Source: Escherichia coli (GTDB lineage: Bacteria; Pseudomonadota; Gammaproteobacteria; Enterobacterales; Enterobacteriaceae). From it: a stretch of 64,000 nt of DNA. The notes under the pieces are model-generated. The model searched no databases. It was not told the DNA's origin and was given only the letters and a program-made list of their open reading frames with translations. The DNA is taken from NCBI RefSeq assembly GCF_003334765.1, contig NZ_QOWT01000008.1; one strand, given 5' to 3'. Shown piece after piece: positions 38,318 to 50,410 of this stretch; position 1 is the first letter of the stretch, and each line of letters opens with the position of its first letter. Both the position numbers and the translations under genes were made by a program.

Positions 38318-39031
38318 ATGCAAAAGCAAGCTGAGTTGTATCGTGGTAAAGCGAAAACCGTATACAGCACGGAAAACCCGGACCTGTTGGTGCTCGAATT
38401 CCGCAATGATACGTCAGCAGGGGATGGCGCGCGCATTGAGCAGTTTGATCGCAAAGGTATGGTGAACAACAAGTTCAACTACTTCATTATGAGCAAACTG
38501 GCTGAAGCGGGTATCCCGACTCAAATGGAGCGTCTGCTCTCCGATACCGAATGTCTGGTGAAAAAGCTGGATATGGTGCCGGTTGAGTGTGTCGTGCGTA
38601 ACCGTGCTGCTGGCTCTCTGGTGAAACGTCTTGGAATCGAAGAAGGTATTGAGCTGAACCCGCCGCTGTTCGATCTGTTCCTGAAAAACGACGCCATGCA
38701 CGATCCGATGGTCAACGAATCTTACTGCGAAACCTTTGGCTGGGTGAGCAAAGAGAACCTGGCGCGTATGAAAGAGCTGACCTACAAAGCGAACGACGTG
38801 CTGAAAAAACTGTTCGATGATGCTGGTCTGATTCTGGTCGACTTCAAGCTGGAATTTGGTCTGTACAAAGGCGAAGTGGTACTGGGTGATGAGTTCTCCC
38901 CGGACGGTAGCCGCCTGTGGGACAAAGAAACGCTGGAGAAAATGGACAAAGACCGTTTCCGCCAGAGCCTCGGTGGCCTGATCGAAGCCTATGAAGCCGT
39001 CGCCCGCCGCCTGGGTGTACAGCTGGACTGA
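38318..39031 (+). CDS. purC: SAICAR synthetase
   Basis: ORF track 38309..39031; start reset to [22 protein letters not shown] (237 aa). Confidence 0.95.
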
Positions 39032-39048
39032 TTTTTCTGTTCATCATC

Positions 39049-39071
39049 TTGCCGTGCAGCTGGCACGGCAA
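39049..39071. other. Perfect 9-bp stem hairpin downstream of purC
   Basis: TTGCCGTGC-agctg-GCACGGCAA; no U-tract on either strand. Confidence 0.4.
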
Positions 39072-39198
39072 GACAACCGCTCTCGGAATATATGCATTGA
39101 ACGCTCATTCCTCCGCCATTTCATCCCGCTTTCCTGTGGTAATCTTCCTCTGAACCACCTACGATCATTTCTATAATGAATATATTGTTGAGGTATCT

Positions 39199-40062
39199 AT
39201 GCGTTGGCAAGGGCGACGTGAAAGTGACAATGTTGAAGACAGGCGCAACAGCTCTGGTGGTCCATCTATGGGCGGTCCCGGTTTTCGCCTGCCAAGCGGT
39301 AAAGGCGGGCTGATTTTACTGATAGTCGTGCTGGTTGCAGGCTACTATGGTGTTGATTTAACCGGGTTGATGACCGGGCAGCCGGTTTCCCAACAACAAT
39401 CAACGCGGTCAATTAGCCCAAATGAAGACGAAGCCGCAAAATTCACCTCGGTGATTCTGGCAACCACGGAAGACACCTGGGGACAACAGTTCGAGAAGAT
39501 GGGTAAGACCTATCAGCAACCGAAGCTGGTCATGTACCGTGGAATGACGCGTACCGGCTGCGGGGCGGGCCAGTCCATAATGGGGCCGTTCTATTGCCCG
39601 GCGGATGGCACGGTTTATATCGATCTCTCCTTCTATGATGACATGAAAGACAAACTTGGCGCGGATGGCGATTTTGCCCAGGGGTACGTTATCGCCCATG
39701 AAGTCGGTCATCATGTGCAGAAACTGTTAGGCATCGAGCCGAAAGTTCGTCAACTGCAACAAAACGCGACGCAGGCGGAAGTAAACCGCTTATCTGTGCG
39801 TATGGAACTCCAGGCCGACTGTTTTGCCGGTGTCTGGGGGCATAGTATGCAGCAGCAAGGCGTTCTGGAAACCGGCGATCTGGAAGAGGCGCTGAACGCG
39901 GCGCAGGCCATCGGCGATGACCGTTTACAACAGCAAAGTCAGGGGCGAGTAGTACCAGACAGTTTCACTCATGGCACTTCTCAGCAACGCTACAGCTGGT
40001 TTAAACGTGGTTTCGACAGCGGCGATCCGGCACAATGCAATACTTTTGGTAAAAGCATTTAA
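39199..40062 (+). CDS. ypfJ: Predicted zinc metallopeptidase YpfJ
   Basis: 287-aa ORF with N-terminal TM segment and HEVGHH zinc motif. Confidence 0.85.
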
Positions 40063-40076
40063 CTTCCGGGGCAGGG

Positions 40077-42092
40077 ATGGCTGAACTGACTGCGCTTCAC
40101 ACATTAACAGCGCAAATGAAACGTGAAGGGATCCGCCGCTTGCTGGTGTTGAGCGGGGAAGAGGGTTGGTGTTTTGAGCATACTCTTAAGTTGCGTGATG
40201 CCTTACCTGGCGACTGGCTGTGGATTTCGCCGCGGCCAGATGCTGAAAACCACTGTTCTCCCTCGGCACTACAAACTTTACTTGGGCGCGAGTTCCGGCA
40301 TGCGGTATTCGACGCCCGCCACGGCTTTGATGCCGCTGCCTTTGCCGCACTTAGCGGAACGTTGAAAGCGGGAAGCTGGCTGGTTTTGTTACTCCCTGTA
40401 TGGGAAGAGTGGGAAAACCAACCTGATGCCGACTCGCTGCGCTGGAGTGATTGCCCTGACCCTATTGCGACGCCGCATTTTGTCCAGCATCTCAAACGCG
40501 TACTTACGGCGGATAACGAGGCTATCCTCTGGCGGCAAAACCAGCCATTCTCGTTGGCGCATTTTACTCCCCGTACTGACTGGTACCCCGCGACTGGCGC
40601 ACCACAACCAGAACAACAGCAACTCTTAAAGCAGCTAATGACCATGCCGCCGGGCGTGGCAGCGGTAACGGCTGCGCGTGGGCGCGGTAAGTCGGCGTTG
40701 GCAGGGCAACTCATTTCTCGTATTGCGGGCAGAGCGATTGTCACCGCGCCCGCAAAAGCGTCAACGGATGTACTGGCACAATTTGCGGGCGAGAAGTTTC
40801 GCTTTATTGCGCCGGATGCCTTGTTAGCCAGCGATGAGCAAGCCGACTGGCTGGTGGTCGATGAAGCCGCAGCCATACCTGCGCCATTGTTGCATCAACT
40901 GGTATCGCGTTTTCCTCGAACGTTGTTAACCACTACGGTGCAGGGCTACGAAGGCACCGGACGTGGTTTTTTGCTGAAATTTTGCGCTCGCTTTCCGCAT
41001 TTACACCGTTTTGAACTGCAACAGCCGATCCGCTGGGCGCAGGGATGCCCGCTGGAAAAAATGGTCAGCGAGGCACTGGTTTTTGACGATGAAAACTTCA
41101 CCCATACACCACAAGGCAATATTGTCATTTCCGCATTTGAACAGACGTTATGGCAAAGCGATCCAGAAACGCCGTTAAAGGTTTATCAGCTCTTGTCTGG
41201 TGCGCACTATCGGACTTCGCCGCTGGATTTACGCCGGATGATGGATGCACCAGGGCAACATTTTTTACAGGCGGCTGGCGAAAACGAGATTGCCGGGGCG
41301 CTGTGGCTGGTGGATGAGGGTGGATTATCTCAACAACTCAGTCAGGCGGTATGGGCAGGTTTTCGTCGCCCGCGGGGTAATCTGGTGGCCCAGTCGCTGG
41401 CGGCGCACGGCAACAATCCACTGGCGGCGACATTGCGTGGACGGCGGGTCAGCCGGATAGCAGTTCATCCGGCTCGTCAGCGGGAAGGCACAGGGCGGCA
41501 ACTTATTGCTGGTGCTTTGCAATATACGCAAGACCTCGACTATCTTTCGGTGAGTTTTGGTTACACCGGGGAGTTATGGCGTTTCTGGCAACGCTGCGGT
41601 TTTGTGCTGGTGCGGATGGGTAATCATCGGGAAGCCAGCAGCGGTTGCTATACGGCGATGGCGCTGTTACCGATGAGTGATGCGGGTAAACAGCTGGCTG
41701 AACGTGAGCATTACCGTTTACGTCGCGATGCGCAAGCTCTCGCGCAGTGGAATGGCGAAACGCTTCCTGTTGATCCACTAAACGATGCCGTCCTTTCTGA
41801 CGACGACTGGCTTGAACTGGCCGGTTTTGCTTTCGCTCATCGTCCGCTATTAACGTCGTTAGGTTGCTTATTGCGTCTGTTACAAACCAGTGAACTGGCA
41901 TTACCGGCGCTGCGTGGGCGTTTACAGAAAAACGCCAGTGATGCGCAGTTATGTACCACACTTAAACTTTCAGGCCGCAAGATGTTACTGGTCCGTCAGC
42001 GGGAAGAGGCCGCGCAGGCGCTGTTCGCACTTAATGATGTTCGCACTGAGCGTCTGCGCGATCGCATAACGCAATGGCAATTATTTCACTGA
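40077..42092 (+). CDS. tmcA: tRNA(Met) cytidine acetyltransferase TmcA
   Basis: 671-aa ORF with Walker A (GRGKSA) helicase-like domain plus GNAT acetyltransferase domain. Confidence 0.9.
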   Translation: MAELTALHTLTAQMKREGIRRLLVLSGEEGWCFEHTLKLRDALPGDWLWISPRPDAENHCSPSALQTLLGREFRHAVFDARHGFDAAAFAALSGTLKAGSWLVLLLPVWEEWENQPDADSLRWSDCPDPIATPHFVQHLKRVLTADNEAILWRQNQPFSLAHFTPRTDWYPATGAPQPEQQQLLKQLMTMPPGVAAVTAARGRGKSALAGQLISRIAGRAIVTAPAKASTDVLAQFAGEKFRFIAPDALLASDEQADWLVVDEAAAIPAPLLHQLVSRFPRTLLTTTVQGYEGTGRGFLLKFCARFPHLHRFELQQPIRWAQGCPLEKMVSEALVFDDENFTHTPQGNIVISAFEQTLWQSDPETPLKVYQLLSGAHYRTSPLDLRRMMDAPGQHFLQAAGENEIAGALWLVDEGGLSQQLSQAVWAGFRRPRGNLVAQSLAAHGNNPLAATLRGRRVSRIAVHPARQREGTGRQLIAGALQYTQDLDYLSVSFGYTGELWRFWQRCGFVLVRMGNHREASSGCYTAMALLPMSDAGKQLAEREHYRLRRDAQALAQWNGETLPVDPLNDAVLSDDDWLELAGFAFAHRPLLTSLGCLLRLLQTSELALPALRGRLQKNASDAQLCTTLKLSGRKMLLVRQREEAAQALFALNDVRTERLRDRITQWQLFH

Positions 42093-42165
42093 CTCCTTCA
42101 ATTTTATCTCATGGTCATTGTGAGTCAGCGGCGTAAAATTAATGACATCAGTTAAGGAGTTCGCC

Positions 42166-42864
42166 ATGAAACATGACCATTTTGTTGTTCAAAGCCCGGA
42201 TAAACCTGCGCAACAGTTGTTACTGCTTTTCCACGGTGTCGGGGATAACCCGGTGGCAATGGGGGAAATAGGCAACTGGTTTGCACCGCTGTTTCCTGAT
42301 GCGCTGGTGGTGAGTGTCGGTGGCGCGGAGCCGAGCGGTAATCCGGCGGGGCGTCAGTGGTTTTCGGTGCAGGGTATTACGGAAGATAATCGCCAGGCGC
42401 GTGTGGATGCGATCATGCCGACGTTTATTGAAACGGTGCGCTACTGGCAGAAACAGAGCGGAGTAGGGGCTAACGCCACGGCGCTCATCGGTTTCTCTCA
42501 AGGCGCGATTATGGTGCTGGAGAGCATTAAAGCCGAACCGGGCCTTGCTTCACGCGTCATTGCTTTTAACGGACGCTATGCGAGCCTGCCGGAAACTGCG
42601 TCTACAGCCACGACAATTCACCTGATTCATGGCGGTGAAGATCCGGTTATCGATCTGGCGCATGCGGTTGCTGCGCAGGAAGCGTTAATCAGTGCCGGTG
42701 GTGACGTGACGCTGGATATCGTGGAGGATTTAGGCCATGCGATCGACAATCGCAGTATGCAATTTGCCCTGGATCACTTGCGTTATACCATTCCGAAACA
42801 TTATTTCGACGAAGCGCTAAGTGGCGGTAAGCCTGGCGATGATGATGTGATTGAAATGATGTAA
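42166..42864 (+). CDS. ypfH: Alpha/beta-hydrolase esterase YpfH
   Basis: ORF track 42142..42864; start reset to MKHDHFVVQSPDKPAQQLLLLFHGVGDN (232 aa); GFSQG nucleophile elbow. Confidence 0.88.
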   Translation: MKHDHFVVQSPDKPAQQLLLLFHGVGDNPVAMGEIGNWFAPLFPDALVVSVGGAEPSGNPAGRQWFSVQGITEDNRQARVDAIMPTFIETVRYWQKQSGVGANATALIGFSQGAIMVLESIKAEPGLASRVIAFNGRYASLPETASTATTIHLIHGGEDPVIDLAHAVAAQEALISAGGDVTLDIVEDLGHAIDNRSMQFALDHLRYTIPKHYFDEALSGGKPGDDDVIEMM

Positions 42865-42875
42865 AAGACAGATTA

Positions 42876-42960
42876 CCTGGCCTGATAAGACGCGTGAGCG
42901 TCGCATCAGGCATCGTTCACCATTGCCGGATGCGGCGTTAACGCCTTATCCGGCCTACGG
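42876..42960. repeat. REP element cluster
   Basis: Two REP-type palindromes (GCCTGATAAGACGCG...CGCATCAGGC and GCCGGATGCGGCG...CGCCTTATCCGGC) between ypfH and ypfN. Confidence 0.75.
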
Positions 42961-42973
42961 TTGAGCACTCAGC

Positions 42974-43174
42974 TTACTTCTTCGGTTGATCCTTTTTCGG
43001 CCAGTCGTCGTCATCGTCCCACTTATCGTTGAAATCACGATGCGGGGGAAGCTCCGGCTTGTTGGCGAGAAATTTCTTATGGTCGACGCGCTTGAGATCT
43101 TTAATCACGTTCAGCAGGACGCCTACCAAAAAGACAATCACCAGAATCCACCAATATTTAGCCAGCCAGTCCAT
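42974..43174 (-). CDS. ypfN: Small membrane protein YpfN (66 aa, UPF0370)
   Basis: ORF track 42974..43198; start reset to [23 protein letters not shown]; acidic DDDDDW tail. Confidence 0.75.
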
Positions 43175-43201
43175 GCTTATTTCCTCTTGCAGAACCACTC
43201 A

Positions 43202-44329
43202 TCAGGCGACGAGCTGTTCCATGATACGTTGATACATACGGGCAAGTAGCTGCAGGTCGGCAGCGTTCACACATTCATTAATTTTATGAATAGTGGCATT
43301 GACCGGCCCGAGTTCCACCACCTGCGCCCCCATGCGGGCAATAAAGCGCCCGTCGGACGTTCCGCCTGTGGTCAGTAGCTGCGGTTTAATTTCATTATAG
43401 TGCTCAACCGCGTTAACGACCGCATCCACCAGTTTACCGCGCGCGGTCAAAAATGGCTGCCCGGAAAGCCACCAATCCACCGTATAGCGCAGTTGATGTT
43501 TTTCAAGCAGGGCAAGCACCTGCGCTTTGATCATCTCATCAGTCAGTTCGGTGCTGAAGCGGAAGTTAAACTGCACAAACAGTTCACCCGGAATAACGTT
43601 GTTACTGCCCGTTCCCGCCTGAATATTGGCAATCTGCATACTGGTCGCCGGGAAGAATTCATTGCCCTGATCCCACTCAATAGCCACTAATTCATTAAGG
43701 AAAGGTGCTGCGCGATGTACCGGATTGTCAGCCAGATGTGGGTAGGCAACATGCCCCTGAACGCCATGAATGGTAAGGTTGCAGGTTAATGATCCGCGAC
43801 GACCATTTTTCACCACATCACCTACCACTTCGATACTCGACGGTTCGCCAACCAGGCAGTAATCGAGACGCTCATTACGTGCCATTAACGCTTCGACGAC
43901 TTTTACCGTACCGTTGTGGGCACTGGCTTCTTCATCAGAGGTGATCAGAAATGCCAGTCGCCCCGTATGGTTGGGATGTTGTGCGACAAAACGTTCTGCC
44001 GCCACCACCATCGCCGCCAGCGAGCCTTTCATATCTGCCGCACCGCGCCCGAATAACATGCCGTCACGAATGGTGGGTTCAAACGGGGGATTGATCCAAC
44101 GATCGGCGTCGCCAGGCGGCACCACGTCGGTATGCCCGGCAAAGGCTAACGTTTCACCCTGCCCACGCCATGCCCAAAAATTCTGCGTATCGGCAAAGTC
44201 CATGCGTTCAACGGTAAAACCGATCGCCTGCAAACGTTCAATCAACAAAGCCTGGCATCCTGCATCATCAGGACTCAGGGAAGGGCGGCGAATAAGCTGT
44301 TGTGTCAGCTCAATAACCGGGCACGACAT
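43202..44329 (-). CDS. dapE: Succinyl-diaminopimelate desuccinylase
   Basis: 375-aa [29 protein letters not shown]...; M20 peptidase family. Confidence 0.95.
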
Positions 44330-44332
44330 AGA

Positions 44333-44707
<375 letters not shown>

Positions 44708-45069
44708 TTATGAGAATAAATACTCATTTAAGGGTGAAAACATTTTGCCTGCAAATGATTATCAGGAAATATAACATTATCGAAGTATTCAAATTAACAA
44801 CTATTAAATAATATTAAACATTTTTAACGTAAACATTAAGAATATTCATCTTGTTATCTGTCTGTATTTTAACCAGAATTAAATCAGTATTAGATGCCGT
44901 ATGAATATCTCGAAATGTTGCTGTGTATCACATACAAATCATCACCGCAGGACCATAGTATTTACATAAGATTTGTCCCCCGGAGGTAGTCATCGCAGCA
45001 ATCGAGTAAATTAGCTTCACCACGGTATATTGTTTCCGTAGAATACCCATAATTATAAGAGAGGTTGTT

Positions 45070-45129
45070 ATGATTGAACGTGAACTGGGGAACTGGAAAG
45101 ACTTTATCGAAGTTATGCTTCGTAAGTAA
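45070..45129 (+). CDS. ypfM: 19-aa small protein YpfM
   Basis: ATG preceded by GAGAGG SD; encodes MIERELGNWKDFIEVMLRK; followed by a strong terminator; absent from the ORF track because of its size. Confidence 0.65.
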   Translation: MIERELGNWKDFIEVMLRK

Positions 45130-45190
45130 TTCCTGAGACAAAGTACAAACAGCAAGAACCCGCTGAGCAGGTTCTTAATCGGAAAGTTGA

Positions 45191-45222
45191 AAAAGGCGAC
45201 ACATTGGCATGTCGCCTTTTTT
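45191..45222. terminator. Bidirectional terminator between ypfM and convergent acrD
   Basis: AAAAAGGCGACA-cattggca-TGTCGCCTTTTTT. Confidence 0.7.
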
Positions 45223-45227
45223 ATTGC

Positions 45228-48200
45228 TTATTCCGGGCGCGGCTTCAGCGGGAAGCGGCGGCGCACCAGCACAAAGAACAGCGGCACGAAGTAAATAGCC
45301 AGAATAGTGGCCGAAATCATCCCGCCCATTACGCCAGTACCCACCGCATGCTGACCACCGGAACCGGCACCCGTGCTGGTTGCCATTGGCAATACGCCGA
45401 AGATAAATGCCAGCGAGGTCATCAGAATCGGGCGTAAACGCTGACGGCAGGCGTGGAGCGTCGCTTCAAACAGGTCGTGGCCTTTTTGGTTCATCTCGTT
45501 AGCAAACTCGACGATCAGGATGGCGTTTTTCGCCGATAAACCAATGACCGTTAACAGGCCCACCTGGAAGTAAACGTCGTTTTCCAGCCCGCGCATCCAG
45601 GTTGCCAGCAGCGCGCCGATTACCCCCAGCGGCACGACCAGCATTACCGAGAACGGCACCGACCAGCTTTCATACAACGCAGCCAGACACAGGAATACCA
45701 CCAGCAAGGAAATGGCGTACAGCGCCGGAGCCTGCGCGCCGGAAAGCCGCTCCTGATACGACATCGCCGTCCACTCCAGACCAAAGCCGTTTGGCAGCTG
45801 CTTCACTAACGATTCCATAATATCCATCGCCGTACCGGTACTGACCCCCGGTGCGGCTTCCCCAACAATCTCAACCGCAGAATAACCGTTATAGCGTTCC
45901 AGACGCGGCGAGCCTGTTTCCCAGCGTGAGGTCGCGAAAGCAGAGAAGGGCACCATGCCGCCATCTTTATTTCGGACATACCAGAGATTGATGTCATCTG
46001 GCAGCATGCGATACGGCGCAGCTGCCTGCACATAGACTTTCTTCACGCGACCGCGATCCATAAAGTCATTCACATAGCTCGAACCCCAGGCGGTTTGCAG
46101 TGTGTCGTTAATATCGTCGATAGCAACGCCCAGCGCCTGAGCTTTACGCTGGTCGATATCAATCTGCAACTGCGGACTGTCGTCGAGGCCGTTATGGCGC
46201 ACACGGGTTAGCTCCGGGTTTTCCGCCGCCAGCGCCAGCAACTGATTACTTGCTGCCATCAGCGCATCGTGACCCGCTCCAGCGTGGTCCTGCAACTCCA
46301 TATCAAAACCTGCAGAACTACCAAGACCGCTAATTGCTGGCGGGCTGCTGGCGATAACGCGAGCTTCTTTAATTTGGTTAAACGCCTTCGTTGCACGCTC
46401 GATAATGGCAAACGAGGTGCCGGTCTTACTGTCGCGTTCGCTCCAGTCTTTCAGGCGGATAAACATTCGCGCCACGTTTTGCCCGTTACCCCCAGGGCCA
46501 GAACCAACGGTGGCAAACACCGACATGATGTTGTCTTTTTCATGGGTGAAGTAGTATTTCTCGATTTGCTCAACGACTTTCAGGGTCTGTTGTTGCGTTG
46601 AACCGCTGGGCAACTGTACCGAGGTAGTAAACATGCCACGGTCTTCCAGCGGTAAGAACGACGTCGGCAAACGCAGGAACAGGAACACCATGCCGCCAAG
46701 CAGCAGGACATAAATCACAATCCAGCGCAGGCTACGGTGGAGAATTTTCGCCACCCCTTTTTCGTAGCGTTCGGCGTTGCGGTTAAACATCTGGTTAAAC
46801 CAGGCAAAAAAGCCTTTTTGCCCATGATGCTCACCTTTTTTCAGTGGCTTAAGTAGTGTGGCACACAGAGCCGGAGTGAGGATCATCGCTACCAGTACTG
46901 ACAGCACCATCGCCGCAACAATGGTAATAGAGAACTGGCGATAGATGGCACCGGTGGTGCCGCCGAAGAAGGCCATTGGTACAAATACCGCCGAAAGAAC
47001 CATCGCAATCCCGACCAGTGCCCCCTGGATCTGCCCCATCGATTTACGTGTGGCTTCGCGAGGAGTGAGTCCTTCCTCACTCATAATACGTTCGACGTTT
47101 TCCACCACCACGATGGCGTCATCCACCAGCAGACCGATCGCCAGCACCATCGCGAACATGGTTAAGGTGTTGACGCTGTAACCGAAGGCGTAAAGTACGG
47201 AGAAGGTTCCCATCAACACCACCGGCACGGCGATAGTGGGTATCAGCGTGGCGCGGAAGTTTTGCAGGAACAGATACATAACGAGGAAAACCAGAGCGAT
47301 AGCTTCCAGCAGCGTTTTCACCACGTCTTCAATGGAGGCTTTAACAAACGAGGTGGTTTCATACGCCACCTTGTATTCCAGTCCATGCGGGAAATACTGC
47401 GCCAGCTCGTCGAGACGATTGAGCACCAGCTCCGCTGTCGCCATTTCGTTAGCGCCGGAGGCCAGTTTTACCCCCAGCCCGGAGGCTGGCTTACCATTGA
47501 AGCGGCTAAGATAATCGTATTTCTCCGCCCCCATTTCGACGGTGGCGACATCGCCCAGCCTTACCTCTGAGCCGTCCTGATTGACCCGCAAGGTGATATC
47601 GCGGAACTGTTCTGGTGTTTGCAGCAGTGACTGGGCGTTAATGGTGGCGTTGAGCGCCTGCTTATCGACGGAAGGTGTACCACCAAGTTGCCCAACCGCA
47701 ATCTGCGCGTTCTGTGACTCAATGGCATCAGTGACATCTTTAGCCGTCATCTGGAAACTGTTGAGTTTCGCCGGGTCCAGCCAGATACGCATGGAATATT
47801 GCGAACCATAGGCATCGATATCCCCGACGCCATTCACGCGGCTTAACGGGTCCTGAATATTACTGGCAACATAATCAGCAATATCCTGTTTATCCATCGA
47901 ACCATCGGTAGAGACGAAGGCAATGGTCAGAATGTTGGTATCGCCGGTTTTACGCACCGTCACGCCCTGATTTTGCACCGCCTGCGGTAACTTTCGCATG
48001 GCTGATTGCAGCTGGTTTTGTACTTGCTGCACGGCTTCGTCCGGATCGGTGCCTGCTTTAAAACTTAAAGTGACAGATGCCTGACCGGTGCCACTGCTCT
48101 GAGATGACATATACATGAGATTATCGAGGCCGGTCATATTTTGCTCGATAACCTGGGTCACGGTGTTTTCCAGCGTCTGGGCCGATGCGCCGGGATAGTT

Positions 48201-48341
48201 AGCGGTCACTCGCACATTCGGTGGCGCGAGATCGGGGTATTGTTCAACGGGCAATGAAAAAATCGCCAGGGTACCTGTCAGACACAACAGGATTGCCAGC
48301 ACCCAGGCAAAAATGGGGCGATCAATAAAGAAATTCGCCAT
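45228..48341 (-). CDS. acrD: RND-family multidrug/aminoglycoside efflux pump AcrD
   Basis: 1037-aa [26 protein letters not shown]...; 12-TM RND architecture. Confidence 0.95.
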   Translation of the reverse strand: MANFFIDRPIFAWVLAILLCLTGTLAIFSLPVEQYPDLAPPNVRVTANYPGASAQTLENTVTQVIEQNMTGLDNLMYMSSQSSGTGQASVTLSFKAGTDPDEAVQQVQNQLQSAMRKLPQAVQNQGVTVRKTGDTNILTIAFVSTDGSMDKQDIADYVASNIQDPLSRVNGVGDIDAYGSQYSMRIWLDPAKLNSFQMTAKDVTDAIESQNAQIAVGQLGGTPSVDKQALNATINAQSLLQTPEQFRDITLRVNQDGSEVRLGDVATVEMGAEKYDYLSRFNGKPASGLGVKLASGANEMATAELVLNRLDELAQYFPHGLEYKVAYETTSFVKASIEDVVKTLLEAIALVFLVMYLFLQNFRATLIPTIAVPVVLMGTFSVLYAFGYSVNTLTMFAMVLAIGLLVDDAIVVVENVERIMSEEGLTPREATRKSMGQIQGALVGIAMVLSAVFVPMAFFGGTTGAIYRQFSITIVAAMVLSVLVAMILTPALCATLLKPLKKGEHHGQKGFFAWFNQMFNRNAERYEKGVAKILHRSLRWIVIYVLLLGGMVFLFLRLPTSFLPLEDRGMFTTSVQLPSGSTQQQTLKVVEQIEKYYFTHEKDNIMSVFATVGSGPGGNGQNVARMFIRLKDWSERDSKTGTSFAIIERATKAFNQIKEARVIASSPPAISGLGSSAGFDMELQDHAGAGHDALMAASNQLLALAAENPELTRVRHNGLDDSPQLQIDIDQRKAQALGVAIDDINDTLQTAWGSSYVNDFMDRGRVKKVYVQAAAPYRMLPDDINLWYVRNKDGGMVPFSAFATSRWETGSPRLERYNGYSAVEIVGEAAPGVSTGTAMDIMESLVKQLPNGFGLEWTAMSYQERLSGAQAPALYAISLLVVFLCLAALYESWSVPFSVMLVVPLGVIGALLATWMRGLENDVYFQVGLLTVIGLSAKNAILIVEFANEMNQKGHDLFEATLHACRQRLRPILMTSLAFIFGVLPMATSTGAGSGGQHAVGTGVMGGMISATILAIYFVPLFFVLVRRRFPLKPRPE

Positions 48342-48504
48342 TAAAAGAGGACCTCGTGTTTCTGCGTATCGTTGTAGGCTTGACTTGCTTCACTGTAGCG
48401 GCAAGGTACGAGCCAATCGTGGAGAAAAAAAGGAGTTAATGTAAATTATCATGCCCTTTTATACTGAACCTTAAGTGCAAGTATTCTTTGGTCAGTAGGA
48501 GGCA

Positions 48505-50205
48505 TTACATTAACTGACTTTCCTCACCCTCCGCAGAGCGAAAGCTAATACTCACTAACGTGCCGCCGCCGGAAGGTTGTGAAAAAGTCAGCGTCCCACC
48601 TAGCCGTTCCGCGCGTTCGCGCATGATATTCAGACCATAATGACCTTCGGGTTCTTTCGGTTCACCGATACCAATCCCGTTATCACGGATATAAACCGTG
48701 TGATTGCCGTCCGGCGCGGTGACGCAACTGACGGCGATTTCGCTGGCGTTGGCGTGCTTCATCGCATTCAGCACCGCTTCGCGAATAATTTGCAACAAAT
48801 GCACCTGCATTTGCGCATCCAGTGCCAGGGTTGGCAGACGGCAGTCGAGGGTCAGTTTGGCGCTGGTTTGATTTTGTAACGTATCCAGCATTTCCCTCAA
48901 TGCGGAGGGGAGATCCGCCTGCTGCAGCGTCAGGCGGAAAGTAGTCAACAGCTCGCGTAACTGCCGATAAGCATCATTCAACGCCTGGGAAAAATCGGCC
49001 ATGATACTTTGTGCGGTGGCGTTATCTTCCGGTATCGAACGCTTCAGTAACGTCAACTGGATACGTAAGTAAGAAAGTACCTGAGCCAGCGAGTCGTGCA
49101 ATTCGCGGGCGATGGTCGCACGTTCTTCCATCAACAATAATTGCTGAAAATGCTTCTGCGCCTGATTAAAGTACAAACCGCGTCCCAGCATCGACGAAAC
49201 GCTGTTAAGCAGCGGTTCTGATGATGAAACGTGACTATTTTGCCAGTGCAGTTCGCCGTAAACCGTCTCTTGCATTGTCACCGGTAAAATCTGCATCGGC
49301 AATTCCGGGTTTGGTTGCCCTTCGCTAATCCGCCAGTTTTCACCGACATTTAACTCCAGATATTCAGCCGCTTCATTGTCGCGAACAATCTGCAAAATAT
49401 GGCGGAAACAATGCACATCAATCTGGCTAGTGTTCAGCGCCTGCGAACACTGATACAACACCTCCAGACGACGCTTGGCCTCGTGGAGATCGCGGGTCTT
49501 TTCTTCTACTGACGCTTCCAGCGAACGGTACAATTTATGCAGCTCGCTCGACATCTGGTTAAAGGTTTTTGCAAGCAGACCAAGCTCATTCGGCAGGTTG
49601 GTATCCAGCGGCGGCGAGTCGAACTGCCCGTGTTCAATACGCTGACTGGCGGTAACCAGCTGATTCAGCGGGGCAACCACCTGATGGCGTATGCGGCGCA
49701 AAGTAAAAAAGACCAGCGTGAAAATACCGATGCCGCCAGCCAGGGAAATCGCCACCACCAGCAGCATTTTGCGTTCAGCGTAGTGCTGTAAAGCCAGTAC
49801 GAACAGGTCTATCTGATTAACATAATTATTAATATTGGCCTGATACCACGGCAAATCGCCCTTGCTGAGCCGATTATTCATCTCCAGCCAGTTGGCATTC
49901 AGATGCGCATAGCGAGTTTTTACTGCTTCTGGCACATACCAGACGTTGAGGTTGGTTAATACCGGTGAATGCAGTGCCTGCTGAAATAACTGGCGATGTG
50001 CATTGAGTTGTGGACTGCCACTTTGCAAGTCGTAGCCCAGGCGGTAACTCTGCATACGCAGCGATCCGGCAATATTGATAGCCTCAGCGTCGCGCAAACT
50101 GCTCGCCAGAGTTAGCAGAGCGATACCCGTGGAAAGAATCGACAGCAGCACAATGTAAAAAAAGGCCCGGGCCAGACTGGCCGAGACGGGTCGTTTAACA
50201 ATCAC
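48505..50205 (-). CDS. narQ: Nitrate/nitrite sensor histidine kinase NarQ
   Basis: ORF track 48505..50220; 566-aa form starts at GTG (V)IVKRPVSASLARAFFYIVLL; HAMP plus HisKA_3 plus HATPase domains. Confidence 0.88.
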   Translation of the reverse strand: MIVKRPVSASLARAFFYIVLLSILSTGIALLTLASSLRDAEAINIAGSLRMQSYRLGYDLQSGSPQLNAHRQLFQQALHSPVLTNLNVWYVPEAVKTRYAHLNANWLEMNNRLSKGDLPWYQANINNYVNQIDLFVLALQHYAERKMLLVVAISLAGGIGIFTLVFFTLRRIRHQVVAPLNQLVTASQRIEHGQFDSPPLDTNLPNELGLLAKTFNQMSSELHKLYRSLEASVEEKTRDLHEAKRRLEVLYQCSQALNTSQIDVHCFRHILQIVRDNEAAEYLELNVGENWRISEGQPNPELPMQILPVTMQETVYGELHWQNSHVSSSEPLLNSVSSMLGRGLYFNQAQKHFQQLLLMEERATIARELHDSLAQVLSYLRIQLTLLKRSIPEDNATAQSIMADFSQALNDAYRQLRELLTTFRLTLQQADLPSALREMLDTLQNQTSAKLTLDCRLPTLALDAQMQVHLLQIIREAVLNAMKHANASEIAVSCVTAPDGNHTVYIRDNGIGIGEPKEPEGHYGLNIMRERAERLGGTLTFSQPSGGGTLVSISFRSAEGEESQLM

Positions 50206-50410
50206 ACGCGTCTTCTCCACAAAAAATCATTAATGTTCCAGTTCGCTGAAACGCAATTTAGTCAGTGATGGGATTATTTGATCTGCCACAGTTTATAGCG
50301 AAATAGTTACTTATTCTGGGCACATGAACATTGCCGATTCCCCTGTAAGTCGGGTAATAACAACACTCATATAAAGAATAAGGTTTTTACAACCAAAAAA
50401 GAAGGTCGTT

